From contig DAOOWN010000003.1 in the NCBI GenBank assembly GCA_035371305.1, positions 2,801-66,800 on the forward strand: 64,000 bases of DNA, given 5' to 3'. The stretch is from Bacteroidales bacterium. Its GTDB lineage: Bacteria; Bacteroidota; Bacteroidia; Bacteroidales; GWA2-32-17. Positions 37,379 through 47,245 of the stretch are shown in pieces. The notes below the pieces were generated by a model. That model had not been told where the DNA came from and searched no databases. It was given only the letters and a program-made list of their open reading frames with translations. A program made the position numbers and the translations under genes. The first letter of the stretch is position 1, and every line of letters begins with the position of its first letter.

Positions 37379-38494
37379 ATGCAAAATACAGAGTTCGAGT
37401 CATTGTCAAAAAATTTAATTGAACGTCAAAAAGAATTACATTGTTTGTATGAGGTGGAAGAACTGTTAACGGATCTGAATTTACCGTTGAAACAATTAAT
37501 GAATAAAATTGCTTTGCACATAGAAAACAGTATGCAATACAACGAGATAGCACGATGCCAGATTATTATTAATGATGAGGTTTTCTGTAATTCATCATTT
37601 CAAAAGACTGAACTTAAGTTATCGGCTAAAACATTTTTTGAGGGCGATTTTATAGAAGTGGATGTTTTTTATATAAAACCCGTAAAAGATGAGCGTCATC
37701 CTATTTTTCTTGTCGAAGAACAGTCACTTTTAAATACATTAACCTCGAAAATAGCCTCGTATATTAATTACCGAAAATTACGAAATCAGTTTGACAAATC
37801 GAAAAAATTAATCAATTCTTACAACACTGAAAGCGAAGAGGGTGTAATTCAGTGGTTAAAAAACTTTTCGCTCGAGCCAAAGGAAATTGAACAATTGTTA
37901 CAAAAAAGTATCTATTTTAAAAAAGGAGAAACACTATGTAAACAATCTACATTTGCTAACTATTTACTTCTTATTACCGAAGGATATATAAAACTATACC
38001 TTGAACACTTTGTTGATCATCATTTTATTTTCAAAATTATTAAGCCGTTTGAAATTATTGGTTTATCGGCTATATTCGATGCATCTAATTATAGTTTTAC
38101 GGCTTCTGCTTTAACGAATTCAAAAGCCTATGTAATAGAAAAGAAACTGTTTAAAAATTTAATTTTACACAACAATTTATTTGCTCAAAAAGTATTGTTT
38201 GCGTATTCCGAAAATTATAATTTCATTTTACAGCGATTAAATAGCATTGCTAACAAGCAAGCCTTGGGATGTCTTTCGGACACATTATTGTATTTAAGTG
38301 AAGTTATTTTTGAGTCTCCTACAATTGAAAGCTTCATTTCGCGTAAAGATTTGGCCGAATTAACCGGCATTAGTACCGAAAATACGGTTCGATTGTTAAG
38401 CGATTTAAAGTCGAATAAAATAGTTGCTTTGAATAGAAACGAAATAGAAATATTGGATAAGTCGAAGCTTATAAAATTAAGTCAACACGGATAA
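37379..38494 (+). CDS. Crp/FNR-family transcription regulator with an extra N-terminal sensory module
   Basis: The C-terminal half has a cNMP-binding-like beta-roll (FKKGETLCKQSTFANYLLLITEGYIKLY) and an HTH (SRKDLAELTGISTENTVRLLSDLKSNKIV). The N-terminal ~165 aa begin ...RQKELHCLYEVEELL and end ...PIFLVEEQSLLNTLTSKIASYI. Confidence 0.7.
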   Translation: MQNTEFESLSKNLIERQKELHCLYEVEELLTDLNLPLKQLMNKIALHIENSMQYNEIARCQIIINDEVFCNSSFQKTELKLSAKTFFEGDFIEVDVFYIKPVKDERHPIFLVEEQSLLNTLTSKIASYINYRKLRNQFDKSKKLINSYNTESEEGVIQWLKNFSLEPKEIEQLLQKSIYFKKGETLCKQSTFANYLLLITEGYIKLYLEHFVDHHFIFKIIKPFEIIGLSAIFDASNYSFTASALTNSKAYVIEKKLFKNLILHNNLFAQKVLFAYSENYNFILQRLNSIANKQALGCLSDTLLYLSEVIFESPTIESFISRKDLAELTGISTENTVRLLSDLKSNKIVALNRNEIEILDKSKLIKLSQHG

Positions 38495-38499
38495 TAAAT

Positions 38500-41484
38500 C
38501 TAAGTTTTAGGTTTAAAAACAATACCGGTATTTGTTTTTCCGTCTATCATTGTAATACAGGGTTTTTGAAAACATACATGCTTAATGTATTCGTCTTCGA
38601 ATTTACTTTCTTCTTGCATTAAAAAATCGACATCATAATATCCATCGTTAATATATGGATTGATAGTAAGATAGCCCACTCTGAATGATGTTAGGTTTTG
38701 GAAAAAGTGTGTTCCTTGGCTTGGGTCAATTCGATAATTTTCGAGACCCGACTCGATGATTAACCTTGCTGCCGATATTTGAGCCCATTTTACAGGAATA
38801 CCGAGCCAAGGGTCGCTTGAGCCCCAACGCCCGGGACCTATTAAAATATAATTCTTGTTTTCGCGAATAAACTGTTCGTTGATTTTTTCGAGCTCTCTCG
38901 CTATTTCCATATTTTTAGCCGGATTGAATGATTTAGGTTTAACAAATACCACGTCATATAGATTATCAATAAGGCCATTACCCAATGCCGAATGACTTAT
39001 AATGATGGTTTCTTCTTTGTTTATCTTTTCAATATCAACGTGAACAATTTCCTTGTTTTCCACAATAGGTCGTACTTGAAGAAAATAAAAATGTGCAGGT
39101 TCATTCTTTTCTACGTCTAAATTCACTGCAAATTCAATTTCTACCGGATTACCCATTTCTTTTTGCGAAATCTGCATTAAATGTTGAATTATTTCTGCCA
39201 GTGGAAAGGTGTTGTAAAGTAAAATATTTGAAAACGTTATTAATTTTTTGCCATCTTCTTGTAATCCGTCTCTTACAATATTGTTTTGATAATCGAAGGT
39301 AGATGCTACGTGTTTAAAGCCACTGTGTTTTTCAACTTCGCGAATGGTAAGTTTTGCTAAATTTACTCCATCGTCTGTTGAAGGAATAAAACGTTCGGGA
39401 TTTAAGTCAAGAGCATAAATATATTTCTGAGTGTCTCGTAATGTAATTTCAGGAGTAGATAATTGCAGCGTTTTTTTGGGATATTTTGGACAAAATCGTA
39501 ATGCCTGAGCACCATCCACAATGTATTTTCCTAACCCATAAGCAATGGTTACTACTGAATCTTCGGGTGTTTCGGGATAAATCGGATAAAAATTTATGGA
39601 TCTGCCAACGCCCGAAATAGTGGGATAATAATATTTGCCTTCGTATGTTTTGCCTGCTACCTCTTGCAAAATAACACTCATTTTTTCTTCGTCAATAACA
39701 TTTGAGGTAGCCGTCATATATGCTTTACTTGCCTTGAAAAATACGGAAGCGTAAACACTTTTTATGGCCTCCGTCAACAAGCGAAGCGTTGATTTGGCAT
39801 CGTTTTCAATTTTTGGAATCATGTAAGTGTTGTAAACCCCGGCAAAGGGCTGATAATGTGAATCTTCGAGTTTGCTTGATGAACGAACGGCAATAGGTCC
39901 CTTTACCATGGAAACAAAAGCATAGAGGTCCTGCAAAACAGTACTTGGCAAGCGTGCCTCAACAAAAGCTTTTAAAATATCTTCGTCGCTTAAATCATTA
40001 CGCAAGGCAATTTTATACAAATCGTGTGTTTCCATAAACTCATCGAAAATATCGGTGCTAATGACGACCGTTTTAGGAATACTAACGACTACATTGGGCC
40101 ATTTGTCAAATAGTTCATATTTTTTAATAAGTAAATCGACAAATGCAAGTCCTCTGGCTTTTCCGCCCAATGAACCATCGCCAATGCGACTAAAATTTAA
40201 ATATTCGTCGAAGTTTTTTCCTTCGAATTTTGCTATAACACCTCTTCCTCTATATTGACGATATGTGTCAATAATATCGTAAAGAAACGTTCTGACTTCG
40301 TCAATGTTTCTAAAATCTTCAAACGAAACATATTTTAGCATTTTAGCAATGGGAAATAATGCACGGGCATTGAGCCATTTCGAAAAATGATTTTGTTTTA
40401 CGTGGTATTCAATGGTTTCGTCGGGAACTTTTAAGATTTTTTCCTGCAACGATTTTAAATCGGTAGCCCTGCATAATTCTTCGCCTGTAGCGGGGTTTCT
40501 AAAAACAAAATCGCCAAAAGCCAAATGTCTGATTATATAATTTCTAAGCTCAATGGAGAGGGTTTTAGAATATTTGTTAATAAATGCAATTCCAAGTTTT
40601 TGAGCAACCGACTCGTATTGAGCATCGCTTGATTGTAGTAAAAAGGGCATGTGTTTGTCCTCGGAACGAACTTTATAAAAGAACTTAATGCCTGCTTCGG
40701 GGTCTTTTACTCCATCTTTATTAAAACTAATATCGCTGATAACTCCAATAAGGTTTTCTTTATTTTTTAAAAAAAGTTGTTCTGCTTCGTTATAATTGGT
40801 GGCTAAAATCATTTTTGGGCGACCGCGCATGAGCATCATACGTTGGTGTTCGTTCAGCCCCTCAAGAACAGAGCGTTTTGATTGTTGAAATAGAATTTTA
40901 TAAATATAAGGCAGATAAGAGGAATAATAACGAATCGAATCTTCCACTAACAAAATTGCTTGAACACCTAACTCTTCGACATCGTGCTTTAAATTCATTC
41001 TGTCTTCAATTAGTTTGATGATGGCCAGCAGCAAATCGGCATTGCCCAACCAGCAAAAAACATAATCAATGGCACTCATGTCTTCGCGTTGTAGTCGCAT
41101 GGTTACCTCGCGCGAAAAAGGGGTTAAAATAACAATGGGCTTAAAGGGATACTTGGCTTTGATGTTTCGGGCGAGCTTAAATGCATCAACCGAACCGATG
41201 TTGAGCATGGTGATAATGAGGTCTATGGTGCCCTCTTCGATTATTTGTTCAGCTTCTTCAATAGAGTGAGCTTGTATAATGAGCGGAGGGTAACGCAAGC
41301 TGTGTTGTGTGTATTCGTTAAATAAGCGTTCGTCTATGCGTCCATCTTCTTCGAGCATAAAAGCATCGTAATAGTTGCAAATGAGCAAAACCTTATAAAT
41401 ACGCTTTTGCATAAGCATTTCGAACGAAGTGTCAATAAAGGTGTACTTCTTCGATTCTATTATTTGATGGTAATCGTTTATCAT
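38500..41484 (-). CDS. Receiver-like domains fused to a PEP-utilising-enzyme ATP-grasp (PPDK_N) domain
   Basis: 994 aa with two CheY-like regions (KVLLICNYYD...DLIITMLNIG and AILLVEDS...IGVISDISF). The PPDK_N-type motif is GDGSLGGKARGLAF...AVRSSSKLEDS. I see no TSH swivel motif and no PEP/pyruvate TIM-barrel signature. Confidence 0.65.
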   Translation of the reverse strand: MINDYHQIIESKKYTFIDTSFEMLMQKRIYKVLLICNYYDAFMLEEDGRIDERLFNEYTQHSLRYPPLIIQAHSIEEAEQIIEEGTIDLIITMLNIGSVDAFKLARNIKAKYPFKPIVILTPFSREVTMRLQREDMSAIDYVFCWLGNADLLLAIIKLIEDRMNLKHDVEELGVQAILLVEDSIRYYSSYLPYIYKILFQQSKRSVLEGLNEHQRMMLMRGRPKMILATNYNEAEQLFLKNKENLIGVISDISFNKDGVKDPEAGIKFFYKVRSEDKHMPFLLQSSDAQYESVAQKLGIAFINKYSKTLSIELRNYIIRHLAFGDFVFRNPATGEELCRATDLKSLQEKILKVPDETIEYHVKQNHFSKWLNARALFPIAKMLKYVSFEDFRNIDEVRTFLYDIIDTYRQYRGRGVIAKFEGKNFDEYLNFSRIGDGSLGGKARGLAFVDLLIKKYELFDKWPNVVVSIPKTVVISTDIFDEFMETHDLYKIALRNDLSDEDILKAFVEARLPSTVLQDLYAFVSMVKGPIAVRSSSKLEDSHYQPFAGVYNTYMIPKIENDAKSTLRLLTEAIKSVYASVFFKASKAYMTATSNVIDEEKMSVILQEVAGKTYEGKYYYPTISGVGRSINFYPIYPETPEDSVVTIAYGLGKYIVDGAQALRFCPKYPKKTLQLSTPEITLRDTQKYIYALDLNPERFIPSTDDGVNLAKLTIREVEKHSGFKHVASTFDYQNNIVRDGLQEDGKKLITFSNILLYNTFPLAEIIQHLMQISQKEMGNPVEIEFAVNLDVEKNEPAHFYFLQVRPIVENKEIVHVDIEKINKEETIIISHSALGNGLIDNLYDVVFVKPKSFNPAKNMEIARELEKINEQFIRENKNYILIGPGRWGSSDPWLGIPVKWAQISAARLIIESGLENYRIDPSQGTHFFQNLTSFRVGYLTINPYINDGYYDVDFLMQEESKFEDEYIKHVCFQKPCITMIDGKTNTGIVFKPKT

Positions 41485-41727
41485 AAAGAGTTAAAATTCG
41501 TATCAAAAATAGATATTTTTATCAAAGAAATAAATGGTAGCTTTGTAAACCTTGCAATAATAAAGACGAGGTTAAAACCAATTTATTCAATAGAAGGATA
41601 TAAATATTTGAACTACTTGAATTAATTGGGTTAAATCTGATATAAAAGACAAATCGAATGAAAAAATAAAAAACTTGATATTTTATTAAAAATATATTAT
41701 ATTTGAATGTTGATAAAATTATAAAAT

Positions 41728-43761
41728 ATGAAAACTATTCCTTTTTTTATTGGCTTGTTTTTATACATGTTTCAGCTTGCTGCACAGCAGGTTGTTTACA
41801 ACAGCGATTTTGAAAATTGGCAACCCAATGGCTATCCTATTGGTTGGAGTGGAGCAGGAGCAACCTTGCCTGCCGATAGTATCGTTCCTTATACATCGAA
41901 CCCACACTCAGGTGCAACTTCATGTAGGTTAAAATGCCACCGCACAACTACTACGACTGTAGATACACTTTATGCTTCAACTACCATTAATTTTCAAAAA
42001 GGACACAAATATTCTTTAAACTTATGGTATAAAGGGAAGGGGTTGTTAAAGATTTATTTTGGTTTGTTTTCAATGGTTGTTGGAAGTTGGGACATACCCA
42101 ACATTGATTGGAAAAAATTTAATTTTACCTTAATTGCTCAAAGCGATCAAATCAACGCGAAACCTTATATAGCTATTTTAAAAACCGATCTAACTTATGA
42201 TGATATTCAAATAGATGATATAACCATTAGCGACGAGGGACTATTTCAAACAACGCTTGATATAAATAACATTTCGGCTACAATAAATGCTAACGGGGAA
42301 TTATTTGGGGATTTATTAGGAAATCCCGGATTTGAAGTTCCAAAAGGTTCCGGACATTATTCTGTTTTTGCAGGAGCATATTGGATAGGTGGAAAAGACC
42401 CAATTGACAGTCTTCATGTTGCTGCTACACGATATTCTCAAATAGGTAGCGATTTTCAAAACGGACCAATTGCTTACGATTATTCGTCAGCAAATTACTA
42501 TTCAAAATATCATAACATATGGAAAATTAACAAATCCGATATTGACTATCACATAAGCCATTACAATTCACCTGGATACGTAATACCCGAAGCAATAGCA
42601 ACATGGCCGGGTAACGGAGATGTAAGCAATGGTGAATCGCAAATGCTTGCACCTTTTGCTGATTTAAATGGAAATGGAATTTACGAGCCGACACAGGGTG
42701 AGTACCCTTATATTCGTGGCGACCAGGCCATTTATTATATTTTAAACGATGATTTGAATCACACCGAAACAAACGGTCGAAAATTAGGAATCGAACAACA
42801 TGTTATGCTGTATGCTTATAATATGCCATCCGATTCTGCTTTGTTTAATACAATCTTTGCAACTAATAAAATTGTGAATCGTTCCGACACCAATTATCAT
42901 GATGTTTTTATAGGATTTTGGTGTGATGTTGACTTAGGAGATCATAGTGATGATTTTATTGGCTGCGATAGTGTTAATAATTTTTTTGTTGGTTTTAATG
43001 GCGACGAAATGGATGGCAATGGAAGTGGGAAAACCTATGGTGAACACCCTCCTGCACAAGCTATTGCATTCTTAAATTATCCAATGTTTTCTTTTATGTA
43101 TTCTCTTAATTCTTCTGGTAACATGAGCGACCCTATGTATGCAAATGAATATTATAATCTGTTAACTGCTCGGTGGAAAGATGGTACACACTTAACTTAT
43201 GGTGGAACAGGCTATGGTGGGACTGTTCCGGCAAATTATCTGTTTAGTGGAACTTATTATGGGGGCTGGAGTGAAATGAGTGAAAATAATGTCCCCTCCG
43301 ATAGACGAGGAGTTGGTTCAACAGGACCTTTTAATTTGCCTGCTCATTCTGAATTATGTATGGAAATAGCATTCCCTTTTGCACGCGATTATAATGGAAC
43401 CGCTTTTTCGTCTGCACAATTGGTCCGCCAGCGAGTGCTGGATGTAAAAACTTTTTTCGATAACCAACAATTCGATTGTATGAACACTCCTTATGGCGTA
43501 GCTCCATTAAGCATGGACAATACGAACATTTCTATTTTCCCAAATCCTTCACATGGAGAATATTTTGTTCACCAAAACAATTATCGTGATGTATTAACCG
43601 TAAATGTTTACAACAGTTTTGGTCAGTGTATTTACAATCAACAAGCCCGACACAACAATTGGAAGATAATTCTAAAATCGTCGCCACAAGGCATCTATTT
43701 TTATACAATAACCGATGCAAACGGAAGAATATTAAAAAACGGGAAGTTGATTAAAGAATAA
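41728..43761 (+). CDS. Secreted protein with T9SS type A C-terminal domain
   Basis: 677 aa with signal peptide MKTIPFFIGLFLYMFQLAAQ. The C-terminal domain is ISIFPNPSHGEYFV...GIYFYTITDANGRILKNGKLIKE. Confidence 0.7.
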   Translation: MKTIPFFIGLFLYMFQLAAQQVVYNSDFENWQPNGYPIGWSGAGATLPADSIVPYTSNPHSGATSCRLKCHRTTTTTVDTLYASTTINFQKGHKYSLNLWYKGKGLLKIYFGLFSMVVGSWDIPNIDWKKFNFTLIAQSDQINAKPYIAILKTDLTYDDIQIDDITISDEGLFQTTLDINNISATINANGELFGDLLGNPGFEVPKGSGHYSVFAGAYWIGGKDPIDSLHVAATRYSQIGSDFQNGPIAYDYSSANYYSKYHNIWKINKSDIDYHISHYNSPGYVIPEAIATWPGNGDVSNGESQMLAPFADLNGNGIYEPTQGEYPYIRGDQAIYYILNDDLNHTETNGRKLGIEQHVMLYAYNMPSDSALFNTIFATNKIVNRSDTNYHDVFIGFWCDVDLGDHSDDFIGCDSVNNFFVGFNGDEMDGNGSGKTYGEHPPAQAIAFLNYPMFSFMYSLNSSGNMSDPMYANEYYNLLTARWKDGTHLTYGGTGYGGTVPANYLFSGTYYGGWSEMSENNVPSDRRGVGSTGPFNLPAHSELCMEIAFPFARDYNGTAFSSAQLVRQRVLDVKTFFDNQQFDCMNTPYGVAPLSMDNTNISIFPNPSHGEYFVHQNNYRDVLTVNVYNSFGQCIYNQQARHNNWKIILKSSPQGIYFYTITDANGRILKNGKLIKE

Positions 43762-43880
43762 CATGTTTACTGAATGTAGGTAGATTTGTCCCGATAGACA
43801 TCGGGATAACATCATTAATTCTCTGTTTTTTTAACATTTGTAGGTCTTTTAAAAAAGCTATAACTTAGCATCGTAAAAAA

Positions 43881-44297
43881 TTGAATGTGAAATTTCTTTC
43901 AGTTATACTGTTTTTAAGTTTCAACTTGGCTTTATATGCCCAACAAGATTCTGTTCCGAATAAGAAACACTTACCATACATTTTATTTGAAAAAACCTTT
44001 TATAATTTTGGTACATTAGAATACGGAAGTGATGCGACGTACTATTTCGAATTTATTAATACCGGAAAAACGCCGTTAATTATAAATAAATGCGAACCTT
44101 CATGTGGTTGTACTGTTGCCGATTGGAGCAAGGAGCCCATTAAAAAAAATGGAAAAGGAACTATAAAAGTTCGATACAATACAACCTTAGCCGGAGCATT
44201 TGCCAAAACCATAACCGTAATTTCCAATGCACAAAACTCGCCGGTAATATTAACCATTCAAGGGAAAGTAAAGAAAAAAGAAGAAACAAAACCTTAA
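43881..44297 (+). CDS. DUF1573-family secreted protein
   Basis: 138 aa with the pattern F.F.NTGKTPLIINK..PSCGCTVADWSKEPI..GGKG.I.V.Y. The start is uncertain (TTG 43881 or GTG 43887). Confidence 0.65.
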   Translation: MNVKFLSVILFLSFNLALYAQQDSVPNKKHLPYILFEKTFYNFGTLEYGSDATYYFEFINTGKTPLIINKCEPSCGCTVADWSKEPIKKNGKGTIKVRYNTTLAGAFAKTITVISNAQNSPVILTIQGKVKKKEETKP

Positions 44298-44307
44298 ACA
44301 AAAAAAT

Positions 44308-45507
44308 ATGCCAAGTATTTCAGAAAAAGGAAAAATGATGCCCGCTTCGCCTATTCGTAAGCTGGTGCCTTTTGCAGAACAAGCAAAACAACGCGGAATA
44401 AAAGTATATCATTTAAACATCGGCCAGCCCGATATTAAAACGCCCGAAGTTGCGTTAAAAGCCGTAAAAGAAAACAATTTGCAGGTGATAGAGTATAGTC
44501 ACTCAGCCGGTAATTTGTCCTATCGCAAAAAATTAGCAACCTACTACCATAGTGTTGGAATTGAAATTACGTGTGATGATATTATCATAACAAATGGCGG
44601 AAGCGAAGCTGTATTGTTCGCATTTATGACTTGCCTCAATCCCGGCGACGAAATTATTGTCCCCGAACCGTATTACGCCAATTATAATGGATTTGCAATT
44701 CAATCGGGAGTTGTTGTAAAACCCATAGTTTCGTCTATTAAAAATAATTTTGCCCTTCCGCCCATTGAAGAATTTGAAAAAATTATCACTCCCAAAACAA
44801 AAGGTGTTGTAATTTGTAATCCGAATAATCCAACCGGTTATTTATACTCAAAAGAAGAAATGGAGCAGTTGGCCGAGTTGATTAAAAAATATGATTTGTA
44901 TCTATTTGCTGATGAGGTTTACAGAGAATTTTGCTACGATGGGATAAAACATTTTTCGGCAATGAATCTCAAAGGATTAGAAGAAAATGTGATTTTGCTT
45001 GATAGTGTTTCCAAGCGTTACAGCATGTGCGGTGTACGTGTAGGTGCTCTTATTAGCCGAAACAAAAAAGTGATGCAAACTGCCATGAAGTTTGCCCAAG
45101 CACGCCTATGCCCCCCGTCATACGGACAAATAGCAGCCGAAGCAGCCATCGATACTCCCAAATGGTACTTTGACGAAGTATATCAAGAATACATAGAACG
45201 CCGTAATTTAATGGTAGGAATGCTAAATCAAATTCCGGGCGTGTATTGCCCAATGCCAAAAGGAGCTTTCTATGCTGTTGCTTCTTTCCCGATTGATGAT
45301 TCGGATAAATTTTGCGAATGGTTGCTAACAAGTTTTGAATACAAAAAACAAACGGTTATGATGGCTCCGGCCAGCGGTTTTTACTCCAATCCATCGTTAG
45401 GCAAAAACGAATGCCGTTTAGCATACGTACTAAAAAAAGAAGATATACAGAATGCCATGGAAGTGTTGGCAGAAGCATTAAAAGTTTATCCCGGTAAAAC
45501 AAATTAA
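44308..45507 (+). CDS. Class I/II PLP aminotransferase (aspartate/aromatic type)
   Basis: 399 aa with the PLP-lysine motif SVSKRYSMCGVRVG and NPNNPTG. Confidence 0.8.
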   Translation: MPSISEKGKMMPASPIRKLVPFAEQAKQRGIKVYHLNIGQPDIKTPEVALKAVKENNLQVIEYSHSAGNLSYRKKLATYYHSVGIEITCDDIIITNGGSEAVLFAFMTCLNPGDEIIVPEPYYANYNGFAIQSGVVVKPIVSSIKNNFALPPIEEFEKIITPKTKGVVICNPNNPTGYLYSKEEMEQLAELIKKYDLYLFADEVYREFCYDGIKHFSAMNLKGLEENVILLDSVSKRYSMCGVRVGALISRNKKVMQTAMKFAQARLCPPSYGQIAAEAAIDTPKWYFDEVYQEYIERRNLMVGMLNQIPGVYCPMPKGAFYAVASFPIDDSDKFCEWLLTSFEYKKQTVMMAPASGFYSNPSLGKNECRLAYVLKKEDIQNAMEVLAEALKVYPGKTN

Positions 45508-45516
45508 TGAAAACTA

Positions 45517-45546
45517 AAGGGGCTGAAAATCAGCCCCTTCGTTTTT
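45517..45546 (+). terminator. Rho-independent terminator
   Basis: Perfect 10-bp stem AAGGGGCTGA / TCAGCCCCTT with an AAA loop, followed by CGTTTTT. Confidence 0.75.
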
Positions 45547-45661
45547 CGATTTGATTTAGTGAATGGTTATTGGGGACAACCATTATTAAGACGTAGTAAA
45601 TAAATGAAAGGTTGCTTAAATAGTTGTTAATATTTTGTACTTTAGCAAAATAAATTTATCG

Positions 45662-46915
45662 ATGTTTCGAATAAATAAAATAGGAACCCAATTTGCCGAA
45701 AACATTAAAATTGCTTCGCAAAGCTTAAAAGTCAATAAGCTAAGAGCTATTTTAACCATACTTATTATAGCCATTGGTATTATGGCATTAGTAGGTATTT
45801 TGACTTCAATCGAAGCAATCCGAAGCTCGCTGAATTCGAATTTTTCGAGCTTAGGAAGCAATACTTTCCGAATTACAAGTTGGTCAATGCGTCAAGGAGG
45901 TGGAGATAGAGAAAGAATAGAATATAAAGATATTTCATACAGAGAAGCGTGCGATTTTAAAGAACGCTACAAATTTCCTTCTACAATAGCCATTTCCATG
46001 CGAGGCTCACAGCAAGCAGTTATTAAGTATAAATCGAAAAAAAGCAACCCAAATATTTCCATTATAGGTGTTGACGAGAATTATTTTGCTGTTTCCGGTT
46101 ATGAAATTGAACAAGGCCGAAATTTCTCTTTTCAGGAGGTAATGCAAGGTTCCTTTGTAGTAATAATTGGCAAAGAAATACAGACAACCATGTTTCCTGC
46201 CAACGAGAATCCCATAGGCAAGAAGATTCTGATTGGAAATGGTCGTTATACAGTAATCGGAATTTTAAAATCAAAGGGAAGTAACTTTGGCGGTGGTGGC
46301 GATAAAATTTGTTTCGTGCCAATTCAAAATGCACGTTCTCAACAAAGTAGCTCGAGTCTTACTTTTACAATAAACATTATGCCACAGAACCCCGAATACT
46401 TAGATCAAGCTATTTCCGAAGCCGAAGGAATGTTTAGGATAATTAGAAAATTAAGAGCCAGTGAGGAGAATAATTTTGAGATATCTAAAAGCGACAGTCT
46501 TGTTAATATGTTAATGGACAATATAAAATATGTTACCATAGCAGCTACTCTGATTGGTATCATTACATTAATCGGAGCCTCCATCGGTTTAATGAATATT
46601 ATGTTGGTTTCGGTAACTGAACGAACACGCGAAATCGGTACACGTAAAGCAATGGGGGCAACGCCCTCTATCATTCGTCAGCAATTCTTATTCGAAGCCA
46701 TATATATTGGTCAACTGGGCGGGATTTTAGGTATTATTTTAGGAATAATAATAGGGAATTTAATTGCATTGCTTATTGACGGTCCCTTTGTAATACCGTG
46801 GCTATGGGTAATCGGAGGTGTTGTTTTGTGCTTTCTGGTTAGTATTGCTTCCGGATATATTCCGGCAAATAAGGCAGCAAAACTCGACCCAATAGATGCT
46901 TTGAGGTACGAGTAA
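45662..46915 (+). CDS. ABC transporter permease, MacB/FtsX family
   Basis: ATG at 45662. It has an N-terminal TM, a periplasmic MacB-like domain and a C-terminal FtsX region (ERTREIGTRKAMGATPSIIRQQFLFEA). No cognate ATPase gene is adjacent. Confidence 0.75.
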   Translation: MFRINKIGTQFAENIKIASQSLKVNKLRAILTILIIAIGIMALVGILTSIEAIRSSLNSNFSSLGSNTFRITSWSMRQGGGDRERIEYKDISYREACDFKERYKFPSTIAISMRGSQQAVIKYKSKKSNPNISIIGVDENYFAVSGYEIEQGRNFSFQEVMQGSFVVIIGKEIQTTMFPANENPIGKKILIGNGRYTVIGILKSKGSNFGGGGDKICFVPIQNARSQQSSSSLTFTINIMPQNPEYLDQAISEAEGMFRIIRKLRASEENNFEISKSDSLVNMLMDNIKYVTIAATLIGIITLIGASIGLMNIMLVSVTERTREIGTRKAMGATPSIIRQQFLFEAIYIGQLGGILGIILGIIIGNLIALLIDGPFVIPWLWVIGGVVLCFLVSIASGYIPANKAAKLDPIDALRYE

Positions 46916-47038
46916 TTACATTAATAAAATGCAATAATTATTACCAACATCCATGTGTGTATGTACAAAGTTCAACTAGTGATTGTAACTTTTTAACCGC
47001 TTGATTTCGTTTACGAAGTTTAATGTTTTTTTAGGAAT

Positions 47039-47068
47039 GAGCAGCGAAAATTTTCACTGCTCTTTTTT
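47039..47068 (+). terminator. Rho-independent terminator after the permease gene
   Basis: GAGCAG / CTGCTC stem with a 12-nt loop, followed by TTTTTT. Confidence 0.6.
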
Positions 47069-47236
47069 ATGAAAGATAAGAAATGCTTGAAATGTCCTTT
47101 GTTTTTTGTATGTGATGGCGGTTGTCAATGGATGCGTATAGAAAATTTTAAAAAAAATGAAGAACAGCATTTTTGCCATTTAGCAAAAAACAATATGAAA
47201 AAATATTTAAGTTTGTACCATCAAATTAAAATGTAA
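47069..47236 (+). pseudogene. Remnant (C-terminal ~55 aa) of a radical SAM/SPASM-domain peptide-maturase-type gene
   Basis: Hand translation gives MKDKKCLKCPLFFVCDGGCQWMRIENFKKNEEQHFCHLAKNNMKKYLSLYHQIKM. CLKCPLFFVCDGGC matches the SPASM CX2CX5CX3C motif exactly. The ATG abuts a terminator T-tract, and there is an in-frame stop 16 codons upstream. Confidence 0.5.
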
Positions 47237-47245
47237 ACTTAAAAA

